From Actinomycetota bacterium (GTDB taxonomy: Bacteria; Actinomycetota; UBA4738; CALAEC01): DNA of 64,000 nucleotides. The DNA is taken from NCBI GenBank assembly GCA_036000545.1, contig DASYVD010000098.1, positions 3,126 through 67,125 on the forward strand. The letters run 5' to 3'. The notes under the pieces were generated by a model. It saw only the letters and a list, made by a program, of their open reading frames with translations. It was not told the origin of the DNA and searched no databases. The translations under genes and the position numbers were made by a program. This document shows, piece after piece, positions 48,655 through 58,070 of this stretch (positions are counted from its first letter, which is position 1; each line of letters opens with the position of its first letter).

Positions 48655-50867
48655 CCCTCGCGAAGCAGTCACTGCACCGCGCCCTCGGGCTCACCGACGA
48701 GGAGGAGGAGAGGATCCAGGCCACCCTGGGCCGCGCCCCCAACCACGCGGAGCTGGCGATGTACGCGGCCATGTGGTCCGAGCACTGCTCGTACAAGTCG
48801 AGCAAGGTTCACCTGCGCACGCTGCCCACCGCCGGCCCCCACATCCTGGTGGGGCCCGGAGAGGATGCCGGGGTGGTGGACCTTGGGGACGGGCTCGCAT
48901 GCGTCTTCAAGATGGAGTCGCACTCCCACCCCTCCGCGATCGAGCCGGTTCAGGGAGCGGCCACCGGGGTCGGAGGCATCGTGCGGGATGTCCTGTCGAT
49001 GGGTGCGCGGCCGGTGGCCCTCCTCGACCCGCTGCGCTTCGGCCCGCTTGAAGAGTCGCGGAACCGGTGGCTGATGTCGGGGGTCGTTGCCGGGATCGGG
49101 CAGTACGGAAACTCCATCGGCGTGCCCACCGTCGGCGGAGAAGTCAAGTTCGCACCAGCGCACGGTCCCAACCCCACCGTGAACGTGATGTGCGTGGGCT
49201 TCGCTCCGGGAGACCGGTTGGTACGGGCGCGGGCAGAGGGTCAGGGCAACATCCTGGTCCTCGTGGGCGCGGCCACCGGCAGAGATGGGATCGGGGGCGT
49301 GTCGGTGCTGGCGTCGCGGACCCTGGAGGCGGGTTCCGACGATGCCCGTCCGAGCGTTCAGATCGGAGACCCGTTCGTCGAGAAGCTTCTGATCGAAGCG
49401 TGCCTCGAGCTCGTCGAAGCAGGGCTGCTGGTGGGGCTCCAGGACCTCGGCGGGGCCGGGCTCACCTGCGCCGTGTCGGAGTCGGCCGCCCGGGCCGGCA
49501 CCGGCGCGGACATCGACCTCGACGCGGTGCCGCTGCGGGAGCCGCGGATGGAGGCATTCGAGATTCTCACCTCCGAGTCACAGGAACGGATGCTCGCGGT
49601 GGTCCGACCCGAGGATCTCGATGCGGTGCGAGCCGTCTGCGCGAAGTGGGGCCTCGCTTCCAGCACGATCGGACGAGTCACCGGCGACGGGAAGGTTCGC
49701 GCGAAGGTGGACGGCCGGGTCGTCACCGAGGTCCCCGCGAGGTCCCTGGCCGACGATGGCCCCGAGTACCGACGGCGGATGGAGCCCCCTGCCTGGTTGG
49801 ACGACCTGGCCGAGGACGACCCCACGTTCGCCGATCCGCCGGTTGATCCGGGCCAGGCCTTCCTCCGCCTCCTCGGCTCGCCGAACGTGGCGTCGAAGGG
49901 GTGGGTCTGGGAGCAGTACGACTCGCTGGTCCAGGGGAACACGCTCGTCGGGCCCGGCGGCGCGGACGCCGCCGTCATCCGGATCGAAGGAACGCTCAAG
50001 GCCGTCGCGCTGGCCACCGACGGAAACGGCCGCTACGGGCGGCTGGATCCCTACCTCGGGGCGGCCCATGCGGTGGCCGAAGGGGCCCGCAACGTCGCGT
50101 GCGTCGGCGCACGACCGCTGGCCATCACGAACTGCCTGAACTTCGGGAACCCCGAGCGACCCGACGTCATGTGGGCGTTTGCCGAGGCGGTTCGAGGGAT
50201 GGGGGAGGCGTGCCGTCAGCTCGGGACCCCAGTCACCGGCGGGAACGTGTCTTTCTACAACGAGTCGGGGGACTCGGCGATCTGGCCGACTCCTGTCGTG
50301 GGGATGCTTGGTGTGCTCGACGACTACCGCCTCCTGGTCCGGCCGGGGTTCGCGCCGGGATTCCTGGTCTACCTCCTGGGAGAGACGTTCGCCGAGCTCG
50401 GCGGGACGGAGTACTCGGAGGTGACCCTGGGGAAGGTGAGCGGACGGGTGCCGGGCCTGGATCTCGAGCGCGAAGCGGGACTCATCTCCCTGCTCCAGGA
50501 GGCTTCACGTCGTGACCTGGTGGCTTCGGCCCACGACTGCTCGGACGGCGGGCTGGCCGTGACCCTTGCCGAGTGCGCCCTTGCCGGGGACACGGGCTTC
50601 GCCGTTGGGCTCCCGGGGGACCTGCCCGCCCACGTCGCCCTGTTCTCCGAGTCTGCCTCTCGGGTGGTCGTGTCGGTCAGTCCGGAGAAGGCAGGAGCGT
50701 TCGAGGCCCTGGTCGCGGAGCATCGCGTCCCGTTCGGCCGGCTCGGGGAGACCGGCGGGCCCCGCATGGTGTTCGGCGACGCTTTCGAGCTCACCGTGGC
50801 CGAAGCCCGGGAAGTCCACCAGGGCGCTTTGCCCCGACTGCTCCGAGGTGAGCGGGCCGGCGGCTGA
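48651..50867 (+). CDS. purL: FGAM synthase subunit PurL
   Basis: GTGA overlap. MWSEHCSYKSSK, ESHSHPSAIEPVQGAATGVGGIVRD, DLGGAGL. Confidence 0.95.
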   Translation: MTLAKQSLHRALGLTDEEEERIQATLGRAPNHAELAMYAAMWSEHCSYKSSKVHLRTLPTAGPHILVGPGEDAGVVDLGDGLACVFKMESHSHPSAIEPVQGAATGVGGIVRDVLSMGARPVALLDPLRFGPLEESRNRWLMSGVVAGIGQYGNSIGVPTVGGEVKFAPAHGPNPTVNVMCVGFAPGDRLVRARAEGQGNILVLVGAATGRDGIGGVSVLASRTLEAGSDDARPSVQIGDPFVEKLLIEACLELVEAGLLVGLQDLGGAGLTCAVSESAARAGTGADIDLDAVPLREPRMEAFEILTSESQERMLAVVRPEDLDAVRAVCAKWGLASSTIGRVTGDGKVRAKVDGRVVTEVPARSLADDGPEYRRRMEPPAWLDDLAEDDPTFADPPVDPGQAFLRLLGSPNVASKGWVWEQYDSLVQGNTLVGPGGADAAVIRIEGTLKAVALATDGNGRYGRLDPYLGAAHAVAEGARNVACVGARPLAITNCLNFGNPERPDVMWAFAEAVRGMGEACRQLGTPVTGGNVSFYNESGDSAIWPTPVVGMLGVLDDYRLLVRPGFAPGFLVYLLGETFAELGGTEYSEVTLGKVSGRVPGLDLEREAGLISLLQEASRRDLVASAHDCSDGGLAVTLAECALAGDTGFAVGLPGDLPAHVALFSESASRVVVSVSPEKAGAFEALVAEHRVPFGRLGETGGPRMVFGDAFELTVAEAREVHQGALPRLLRGERAGG

Positions 50868-50870
50868 GTG

Positions 50871-51305
50871 CTACCGAAGGTCGAACAGCGGGTCGGTGAG
50901 GGTGAAGCTCAGGTCGTGCCCTACCGTTGCGAACACCGCGAACAGGATCAGTGAACCTCCCAGCAGGGCCACGTTCCGGAAGAAGTATGCGTTCTGCGTC
51001 ATTTTCTGCTGCGGGTCGTCGATTGCCCAGAACCGGTGGAACCAAGCAGCCGCCGGGACCACGAAGGCCGCGATCATGAGGGCGCCCACGTCGCCCCACA
51101 CCCCCAGGATCACGGACAGGCTTCCGGCCGTCATCCACACGCCGGTGACCCAGCCGGCGACGGCGGGAACAGGGAACCCGGTCTGCTTGGCGTAGCCCAC
51201 CGCCATCGGGCTCTGGGCGATGTGGAACGTGACCCCTGAGATCAGTATCCCCAAGGGGAACAGGATCCTTCCGATCAGGAAGATCACGGCCGCTGCGTCG
51301 CTCAT
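50871..51305 (-). CDS. DoxX-family membrane protein
   Basis: GGGGAGG lies upstream of ATG 51305. Four TM spans. RILFPLGILISG...WFHRFWA...F.RNVALLGGSLIL is DoxX-like. Confidence 0.7.
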   Translation of the reverse strand: MSDAAAVIFLIGRILFPLGILISGVTFHIAQSPMAVGYAKQTGFPVPAVAGWVTGVWMTAGSLSVILGVWGDVGALMIAAFVVPAAAWFHRFWAIDDPQQKMTQNAYFFRNVALLGGSLILFAVFATVGHDLSFTLTDPLFDLR

Positions 51306-51388
51306 CACAACCTCCCCAGTCGCATCTCTACCCAACAACCCCGATAGCCCTCCGACCCTTCCCGGACGCGCTGGACCCCGCTGATACG

Positions 51389-52894
51389 ATGGGCTCGGTG
51401 ACCGTCTCGGGTCCCGTGGGGGAAGGACCGAAGGAAGCGTGCGGCCTCTTCGGGGCGTGGGCCCCTGGGGAGGACGTTGCCAGGCTCCTCTTCTTCGGGC
51501 TCTACGCCCTCCAACACCGCGGCCAGGAGTCTGCCGGCATGGCCGTGTCCGAGGGCCGCAACATCCTCGTCTACCGGGAGCTGGGGCTGGTGGCCCAGGT
51601 GTTCGACGAGCGCACCCTGGCCTCGCTTCAGGGCCACTTCGGGATCGCTCACACCCGTTACTCTACGACCGGCTCCACGACCTGGGAGAACGCCCAGCCT
51701 TCGTTCAAGACCGACGGCCGACGCAGCCTGGCCCTCGGCCATAACGGGAACCTCGTGAACACGAGGGAGCTGGCCGAGCGGGTCGGGGCGGGGAGCGGCT
51801 CCGGGGCCACGACCGACTCCGACCTCGTGTCCACCCTGCTGGCCGGTGAGCTGGCCGGGGCCGGAGACCTCGAGGGCGCCGCCCTGCGAGTGCTTCCCTC
51901 GCTCCGAGGGGCCTTCAGCTTCGTGCTCATGGACGAGCGAACGCTCTTCGCGGCCCGGGACCCGTGGGGAGTGCGGCCGCTGTCGATAGGGCGCCTGCCC
52001 GGTGGGGTCGGGGGGGCAACTCGCCCGGACGCCGGGAGCGGCGAGTGGGACAGCGAGCGGACCCCTCGAATGGATGGGGGAGGGTGGTGCCTGGCCTCCG
52101 AGACGGCGGCTCTGGACATCGTGGGCGCCCGCTACGTTCGAGACGTGCAGCCCGGCGAGCTCGTCACCATCGACGAACGGGGCCTGCGGTCCCTTCGGTT
52201 CGCTGAGACGCCCCGCTCGGCGCTGTGCCTGTTCGAGTTCGTCTACCTTGCTCGGGCGGATTCCCGGCTGTACGGCCGCACCGTCCACGACGCCCGCCGG
52301 GAGATGGGGCGCCTCCTCGCCCGCGAGGCTTCGGTGGAAGCCGACATGGTTGTCCCGATCCCGGACACGGCGGACTCGGCGGCACAGGGGTACGCGGAGG
52401 CGTCCGGGATCCCCTACGGGGAGGGGGTCATCAAGAACCGGTATGTGCACCGGACGTTCATCCAGCCCAGCCCGTCCCTCCGCCAGCTGGGCGTCCGGCT
52501 GAAGCTCAACCCCCTGTCGGACGCCATCCGAGGGAAGCGGCTGGTGGTGGTGGACGACTCGATCGTCCGGGGCACCACGACCCGGCAGATCGTACAGACC
52601 CTCCGGGAGGCGGGCGCCGCCCAGGTGCACCTCCGGATCACCAGCCCTCCGATCCGGTGGCCGTGCTTCTACGGCATCGACATGTCCACGCGGGAGGAGC
52701 TGGTCGCTTCCGACCAGGACGTCGACGGCGTTCGCCGATTCGTGGGAGCCGAGTCCCTGGCCTACCTCTCGCTCGGCGCGCTGGTTCGGGCGACCGGGGC
52801 TCCGGGCGACGCCTTCTGTCGAGCCTGCTTCGACGGGGAGTACCCGATCCCGGTCCCGGAACGCGCCCCTTCCAAGCATCTCCTGGAGGAGTGA
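51389..52894 (+). CDS. purF: Amidophosphoribosyltransferase (with N-terminal propeptide before catalytic Cys)
   Basis: The motifs are ...KEACGLFGAW..., HTRYSTTG, GHNGNL, and the PRPP loop VVVDDSIVRGTT. Cys ligands CFYGID and CRACFDGEYP suggest a [4Fe-4S] type. Confidence 0.93.
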   Translation: MGSVTVSGPVGEGPKEACGLFGAWAPGEDVARLLFFGLYALQHRGQESAGMAVSEGRNILVYRELGLVAQVFDERTLASLQGHFGIAHTRYSTTGSTTWENAQPSFKTDGRRSLALGHNGNLVNTRELAERVGAGSGSGATTDSDLVSTLLAGELAGAGDLEGAALRVLPSLRGAFSFVLMDERTLFAARDPWGVRPLSIGRLPGGVGGATRPDAGSGEWDSERTPRMDGGGWCLASETAALDIVGARYVRDVQPGELVTIDERGLRSLRFAETPRSALCLFEFVYLARADSRLYGRTVHDARREMGRLLAREASVEADMVVPIPDTADSAAQGYAEASGIPYGEGVIKNRYVHRTFIQPSPSLRQLGVRLKLNPLSDAIRGKRLVVVDDSIVRGTTTRQIVQTLREAGAAQVHLRITSPPIRWPCFYGIDMSTREELVASDQDVDGVRRFVGAESLAYLSLGALVRATGAPGDAFCRACFDGEYPIPVPERAPSKHLLEE

Positions 52895-52898
52895 GCGC

Positions 52899-53909
52899 TT
52901 GAGCCGGGCCTACCGGCGCGCTGGGGTCGACCTCGAGGCGGCGGAGCGGGCCGTTGAGCTGATCAGCCAGATCGCCGCGAGGGCCACTCGCCCCGAGGTG
53001 GTTGCCGGGGTGGGCGGCTTCGCCGGGCTGTACCGCATCGGCGAGGGACGCCTGCTGGCCGCGGCGGCCGACGGAGTTGGAACCAAGGCGGAGATCGCCC
53101 GCCAGGCCGGGTGGCTCGACACCGTGGGGATCGACGTCGTGGCCATGGGCGCCAACGACGTAGTGTGCACCGGCGCCGAGCCCCTGTTCTTCCTGGACTA
53201 CCTGGCCTGCGGGCGGCTGGTCCCGGAAGAGGTGGCCGCCCTGGTCCGGGGGGTGGCCGAGGGATGCCGCGAGGCCGGGTGCGCGCTGCTGGGTGGGGAG
53301 ACCGCCGAGCACCCCGGGGTGATGGAGGAGGGCCGGTTCGACCTAGCGGGGTTCTGTGTCGGGGTCGTGGCCGAGGACGACCTCCTGGGCCCCCACCGGG
53401 TCCGCGAGGGGGACCTCCTTCTGGGATTGCCTTCGTCGGGGCTCCACAGCAACGGCTTCAGCTTGGTCAGGCGAGCCTTGGAAGAGGCCGGCGTCAACCT
53501 CGAAGCTGCCCCTCCGGAGGTCGGCCGGCCTCTGGCGGACGAGCTCCTGGAGCCCACCCGGATCTACGTCCGCCCGGTGCTGGAGGCGGCCCGGGAGGGG
53601 TTGGTCCAGGCAGCCGCCCACGTGACGGGGGGCGGGCTTCCCGGGAACCTCACCCGGATCCTGCCTCCCGGCCTGGGAGCCCACCTGGACCCCGGGGGAT
53701 GGCAGATTCCCCCGATCTTCCGATTCATCCAAAGGCTCGCTGATGCCGATGAACAAGACATATGGCTGACGTTGAACATGGGACTGGGCCTGCTTCTGGT
53801 CGTGCGGCCGAAAGCGGCCGAGACGTGCGCGTCGACGCTCCGGGCAAGCGGAGTCGAGGCATCCGTGGTCGGGCGCGTGGAAGCAGGGGAGGGCGTGACG
53901 ATCGACTGA
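52899..53909 (+). CDS. purM: AIR synthetase
   Basis: TTG start with GGAGGAG 7 nt upstream. YRRAGVDLEAAERAV, ADGVGTK, DYLACG, GGETAEHPG, HVTGGG. Confidence 0.95.
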   Translation: MSRAYRRAGVDLEAAERAVELISQIAARATRPEVVAGVGGFAGLYRIGEGRLLAAAADGVGTKAEIARQAGWLDTVGIDVVAMGANDVVCTGAEPLFFLDYLACGRLVPEEVAALVRGVAEGCREAGCALLGGETAEHPGVMEEGRFDLAGFCVGVVAEDDLLGPHRVREGDLLLGLPSSGLHSNGFSLVRRALEEAGVNLEAAPPEVGRPLADELLEPTRIYVRPVLEAAREGLVQAAAHVTGGGLPGNLTRILPPGLGAHLDPGGWQIPPIFRFIQRLADADEQDIWLTLNMGLGLLLVVRPKAAETCASTLRASGVEASVVGRVEAGEGVTID

Positions 53910-55504
53910 GTCCGAACGGGGACGGACCGGCGCCGGATCGGCCGGCTCAAGAGAGGAAGCCGGCCGGAGAGGACAGGGCCGTCATCACTCTCTCCGAGGC
54001 GACCGCCCGGCGCGGCCGCACCCTCCAAGAGGTTCAGGCTCGCCGGCGCCAGCTGCTGGGTCTCTCACTCATGGTGTTCGTCCTGGTGGCCAGCGGTGCC
54101 GTTCTCTTGTCCTACGCCTCGGAGACCTTCTTCGATTTGAATCTCGAGATCCTCAACTTCTCGGTGCTGAGGGCGTCGTTTGTTGCCCTGGCCCTGGCGT
54201 TCTCGCTCTATGTCTACGACAAGGAACGACGGCTCTCGAAGGTCGAGCGGGAGCTCATCGAGGAGCGGATCCTCTCGGCGGCCCTCTCCAACCGGCTCCG
54301 TGAGCTCTCCGCGCTGTCGCAGGCGGGCAAGGCGGTGGCCTCCGTCCTTTCGCTCGACGACGTCCTCAAGGTGGTCCTGGAAGGCGCCCAGGAGCTTCTC
54401 GGGGCTACCGAAGGCTCGATCATGCTCCTCGACGAGGAGAAGCGCTCGCTCCGGGTGGCGGCATCCGTCGGCCTGCCCCGGGAAGCCCGGGGAGCGGTCA
54501 TCCACCTGGGTGAAGGCGTCGCCGGCTGGGTAGCGGAGTTCCGGGAGCCGATCATCCTCAAGGGCGACGTCTCCGATCCTCGGTTCCACCATTTCGTCCC
54601 CAAGGGCCGCCAGGTGCGTTCGGCCATGTCGGCCCCGCTGTACGCGCGGGCCGAGCCGGTCGGCGTGCTGAACGTCAGTGTGTCGACGGACGGGCGCGAG
54701 TACAGCGAGGCCGACCTCCGGGCGCTCACGGTGTTCGCGGAGCACGCCGCGGTGGCCATCGCCAATGCCCGCCTCTACGAGCGGGAGAAGAAAGCGTCGG
54801 CACGGCTTGCCGAGCTCGACGAACGGCGCCGTGAATTCCTGGCCACCGTGACCCACGACCTCAAGACACCGCTCACGTCGATCCTCGGCTACGTGAAGCT
54901 GCTTCAGCGAGCCAGCGACCGCCTGAGCTCCGAGGAGGCTCGAGAGTTTACCGAGGTCATCGAGCGGCAGGGCCAGCGCATCCTGGAGATGGTGGAGCAG
55001 CTCATCATGGCCACGCGCCTGGAGGAAGGGGCCCCCACTCTCACTCGCGAGGCTCTCGATCTACGAGCCATCGTGGAGGACGCAGTCGAGGCGTTCCGCG
55101 GGGTTCCGGGGAACCGGAGCATCGACATCACCATCCCCTCGGATCTCCCCACGGTGTACGGGGATCGCTCCGCGGTCGAGCACATCCTGGCGAATCTCCT
55201 CGACAACGCGGTGAAGTATTCGCCGGAAGGGGCCGGCATCGATGTCGACGTCGAGCCCACCGGTGAAGAGATCATGGTGAGCGTGACCGACGACGGCCCC
55301 GGCATTCCGGAGGGGGCCCTGCCGCATGTGTTCGAGCGCTATCGGCGGGCGGAGGAGGGCGCGGGCTCGAGCGTGGGGCTGGGGCTCTTCATCGTGCGAA
55401 GCCTGACGCAGGCTCAGGGCGGCGAAGTGGACGCGGCCAACGTACCCGGCCGGGGTGCCCGGATCAGCTTCTCCCTGCCGCTGCGGCGGCCCCGTTCCGA
55501 GTAG
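53906..55504 (+). CDS. GAF-domain sensor histidine kinase (start uncertain: CTG 53906 in a CTGA overlap, ATG 54071, or GTG 53825/ATG 53762 inside purM)
   Basis: Two TM spans and a GAF domain (LDDVLKVVLEGAQELLGATEGSIMLLD...VAGWVAE). HisKA H-box is FLATVTHDLKTPL. HATPase is LLDNAVKYSP, DDGPGIP, GLGLFIV. No response regulator is adjacent. Confidence 0.75.
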   Translation: MSPNGDGPAPDRPAQERKPAGEDRAVITLSEATARRGRTLQEVQARRRQLLGLSLMVFVLVASGAVLLSYASETFFDLNLEILNFSVLRASFVALALAFSLYVYDKERRLSKVERELIEERILSAALSNRLRELSALSQAGKAVASVLSLDDVLKVVLEGAQELLGATEGSIMLLDEEKRSLRVAASVGLPREARGAVIHLGEGVAGWVAEFREPIILKGDVSDPRFHHFVPKGRQVRSAMSAPLYARAEPVGVLNVSVSTDGREYSEADLRALTVFAEHAAVAIANARLYEREKKASARLAELDERRREFLATVTHDLKTPLTSILGYVKLLQRASDRLSSEEAREFTEVIERQGQRILEMVEQLIMATRLEEGAPTLTREALDLRAIVEDAVEAFRGVPGNRSIDITIPSDLPTVYGDRSAVEHILANLLDNAVKYSPEGAGIDVDVEPTGEEIMVSVTDDGPGIPEGALPHVFERYRRAEEGAGSSVGLGLFIVRSLTQAQGGEVDAANVPGRGARISFSLPLRRPRSE

Positions 55505-55521
55505 CCGTCCGCCCGGAGGGC

Positions 55522-55731
55522 CTACGGGACTACCTTGCTGTAGCGAACGCCCTTCGCCGGGACCCGATGCAGGCGGTCGTGGCGGTCCTTGACCACGAAG
55601 GTGTCCGCGGCCTCGTCGAACCACTCCAGGGTCCCCACGACCTCCCCGATCCACCCGTTCGCAAGCTCGTATTGGAAGGAGACGCGCCGTCCCACGTGCC
55701 CCGGGGTCACCGCTCGCTTGGGCGTCGGCAT
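55522..55731 (-). CDS. Small hypothetical protein (69 aa), SH3-like beta pattern
   Basis: ATG 55731 has GGTGGAG upstream. GRRVSFQYELANGWIGEVVGTLEWFDEAADTFVVKDR...HRVPAKGVRYSKVVP. No confident family assignment. Confidence 0.4.
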   Translation of the reverse strand: MPTPKRAVTPGHVGRRVSFQYELANGWIGEVVGTLEWFDEAADTFVVKDRHDRLHRVPAKGVRYSKVVP

Positions 55732-55789
55732 GGTCACATCTCCACCGTAGCGGGGAACGGCTAGCGGGCACAACGAGCGATGGCCGTCG

Positions 55790-56707
55790 CTACGCGGCCG
55801 CGACTGTGGCGACGGTTCCCTCTCCGGGCTCGGGAAATGCATCCGGGTGGATCGCCCACGCCAGGATCTCCAGGCCATCTACGATTCGGGGCCCAGGACG
55901 TGAGAAGAACGACGACGCATCGACGGCGAACACGTTTCGTGACGCGAAGGCGGACGTCTCCCGAAACTCCGGCACCCGGTACATAGCGGCCGCCTCCTCC
56001 TCGGCCTCGGGAAGGTAGTAGCCGCAGGGCATGAACACCACGACCTCGGGCTGCGCGTCGGCGATCTGTCGCCAGTTGACCACCTGGGACGGAATTCCCT
56101 TCTGGTTCAGGAGGTTCTCCCCGCCTGCCAGCTCCACCATCTCGGGGATCCAGTGACCGCCCGCGAAGGGGGGGTCGAGCCACTCCATACAGAAGGTGCG
56201 GATGGCGGGGAGTCGGGCCGCGATCCGCTTCACGCTCTCGATCCGCTGGCGGAGGGCGCCGACGACCTCTCCCGCCCGGGCGTCGGTCCCGGTGGCCCGT
56301 CCCACCTCCTCGATGCCGCCCAGGATGCCTCCGAGGTCCTGCGGATCGAGGGACAACACCTTGGCCGTCGTCCCCAGGTCGTCGAGCGCCTCCTGCACGT
56401 GCCCCGAAGGCACCGCGCACACCCGGCACAGGTCCTGGGCGAGGATCAGGTCTGGCTGGATCTGCCGGATCAACTCCCGATCAATCTGGTAGATCGGTTC
56501 TCGTGCATCCATCCGCTCCCGCACGAGCCGGTCGATCTCCCCGGGGGGGAGGGGCTGCTCGGTCGGTAGCGCGGTGCGGACGGCCACGGGCTTCGACTGG
56601 GCCTCCGGCGGGTGGTCGCACTCGTAGGTTACCGCGGCGAGGTCGTCCCCCAACCCGAGGGCGTAGACGATCTCCGTCGCCGAAGGCAGAAGCGAGACGA
56701 TGTTCAC
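55790..56707 (-). CDS. BtuF/FhuD-type (class III, Peripla_BP_2-like) binding-protein homologue lacking a signal peptide
   Basis: It starts directly with the first strand/helix of the fold (MNIVSLLPSATEIVYALGLGD), followed by PDLILAQ and WLDPPFAGGHWIPEMVELAGG. The start is 7 nt downstream of the E2 stop. No permease or ATPase genes are nearby. Confidence 0.65.
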   Translation of the reverse strand: MNIVSLLPSATEIVYALGLGDDLAAVTYECDHPPEAQSKPVAVRTALPTEQPLPPGEIDRLVRERMDAREPIYQIDRELIRQIQPDLILAQDLCRVCAVPSGHVQEALDDLGTTAKVLSLDPQDLGGILGGIEEVGRATGTDARAGEVVGALRQRIESVKRIAARLPAIRTFCMEWLDPPFAGGHWIPEMVELAGGENLLNQKGIPSQVVNWRQIADAQPEVVVFMPCGYYLPEAEEEAAAMYRVPEFRETSAFASRNVFAVDASSFFSRPGPRIVDGLEILAWAIHPDAFPEPGEGTVATVAAA

Positions 56708-56714
56708 GCGGAGC

Positions 56715-58070
56715 CTAGCGCCGGGGAAGGGCGCCGAGCCGGAACGGGCTCTCCAACAGCTCCTGGAGGGCCGTCATGGCCCGCCCTGCCTCCGCCCCAT
56801 CGAGCACCCGATGGTCGAAGGTGAGCGAGAGGGTGACCGCGTGGCGAGCCTCGATCTGCCCCTCCACGACCAGGGCCCTGGGCTCAACGACCCCTAGGGC
56901 CAGGATGGCGGCCTCGGGGAAGTTCACGATAGGGGTGCCGTACTGGGAGCCGAACGACCCCACGTTGGTGACGGTGATCGTGCTCCCGGAGAGCTGATCG
57001 GGGGTGGCCCTTCCGGCTCGGGCCGTGGAGACGAGCTCTGCGATCTCGTCGGCCAGGGTGAGGACGCCCTTCTCACCGGCATCGCGGACCACCGGGACCA
57101 TCAGGCCTCGCTCGGTGTCCGTGGCGATGCCGACGTGGCAGGACCGCATCAGGACGATCTCGTGGGCTTCTGCGTCGAACCACGAATTCAGCTTGGGGTG
57201 ATCTCCGCACACCTCCACCAGGGCCCGGACCACGATGGCCAGAGGTGAGATCTTCTTTCCCGCGTCCTGGGAGAGCTCCGCCCGGAGCGCGTCGACATGC
57301 GTGGCGTCCACGCCCCGGAAGGTGGTCACCATGGGGACCTCGGCCCACGCCCGGGTCATCTTCTGGGCTACCAACCGGCGGATGCCACGAACGGGAATCC
57401 GTTCCTCTGCGCCCGAGGGTCGCGAGGGTGAAGTCTCCTCGGCCCCGGCCGCGGTTCCCAACCCCTCCTGCGCAGCACGCTCGATGTCCTCGCGGGTGAC
57501 TCTCCCTCCCGGTCCCGACCCCTCCACGTCCGCGAGATCGACGCCGAGCTCCCGGGCGAGGCGTCGAACGACCGGTGAAGCTCCCACGCGGCCGGCCCCG
57601 GCCGCCCTGGGGCCGACGCGGCCGGTTCCGGGCGCCTGGAGGCGAGGGCGGCGGCTGGGCCGCCCCTCCTCGGCGTCGACGCCGTACCCGACCAGGACGG
57701 CCTCGCGCTTGGGGCGCTCGGCCGCCTCCTCCGCCCGAGCCTCGGTTCGCTCGGCCGCTGCCTGAACGCCATCGGAGGCGGCTTCCGCCGGCGAGATGAC
57801 GCCGGGAGGTCCTACCTCCCCGACCGCGGCCTCCACGTCGATGGTAACCAGGGGGCGCCCCACTTCGACGACGTCGCCGGCTGCACCGTGCAGCGTGACG
57901 ATCTTCCCGGCGAATGGGGAGGGGATCTCCACCACCGCCTTGGCCGTGTTCACCTCGACCAGCGGCTGGTTGAGCTCGACCTCGTCGCCCTCCGCTACCT
58001 TCCAGCCGACGATCTCGGCCTCCCCGAGGCCCTCACCAAGGTCGGGAAGGTTGAAGACGCGCTCGGCCAT
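56715..58070 (-). CDS. bkdC: 2-oxoacid dehydrogenase E2 (dihydrolipoamide acyltransferase), single lipoyl domain
   Basis: Lipoyl domain FNLPDLGEGLGEAEIVGWKV..VEVNTAKAVVEIPS. PSBD is ASPVVRRLARELGVDL. The catalytic motif is LSLTFDHRVLDGAEA. Confidence 0.88.
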   Translation of the reverse strand: MAERVFNLPDLGEGLGEAEIVGWKVAEGDEVELNQPLVEVNTAKAVVEIPSPFAGKIVTLHGAAGDVVEVGRPLVTIDVEAAVGEVGPPGVISPAEAASDGVQAAAERTEARAEEAAERPKREAVLVGYGVDAEEGRPSRRPRLQAPGTGRVGPRAAGAGRVGASPVVRRLARELGVDLADVEGSGPGGRVTREDIERAAQEGLGTAAGAEETSPSRPSGAEERIPVRGIRRLVAQKMTRAWAEVPMVTTFRGVDATHVDALRAELSQDAGKKISPLAIVVRALVEVCGDHPKLNSWFDAEAHEIVLMRSCHVGIATDTERGLMVPVVRDAGEKGVLTLADEIAELVSTARAGRATPDQLSGSTITVTNVGSFGSQYGTPIVNFPEAAILALGVVEPRALVVEGQIEARHAVTLSLTFDHRVLDGAEAGRAMTALQELLESPFRLGALPRR

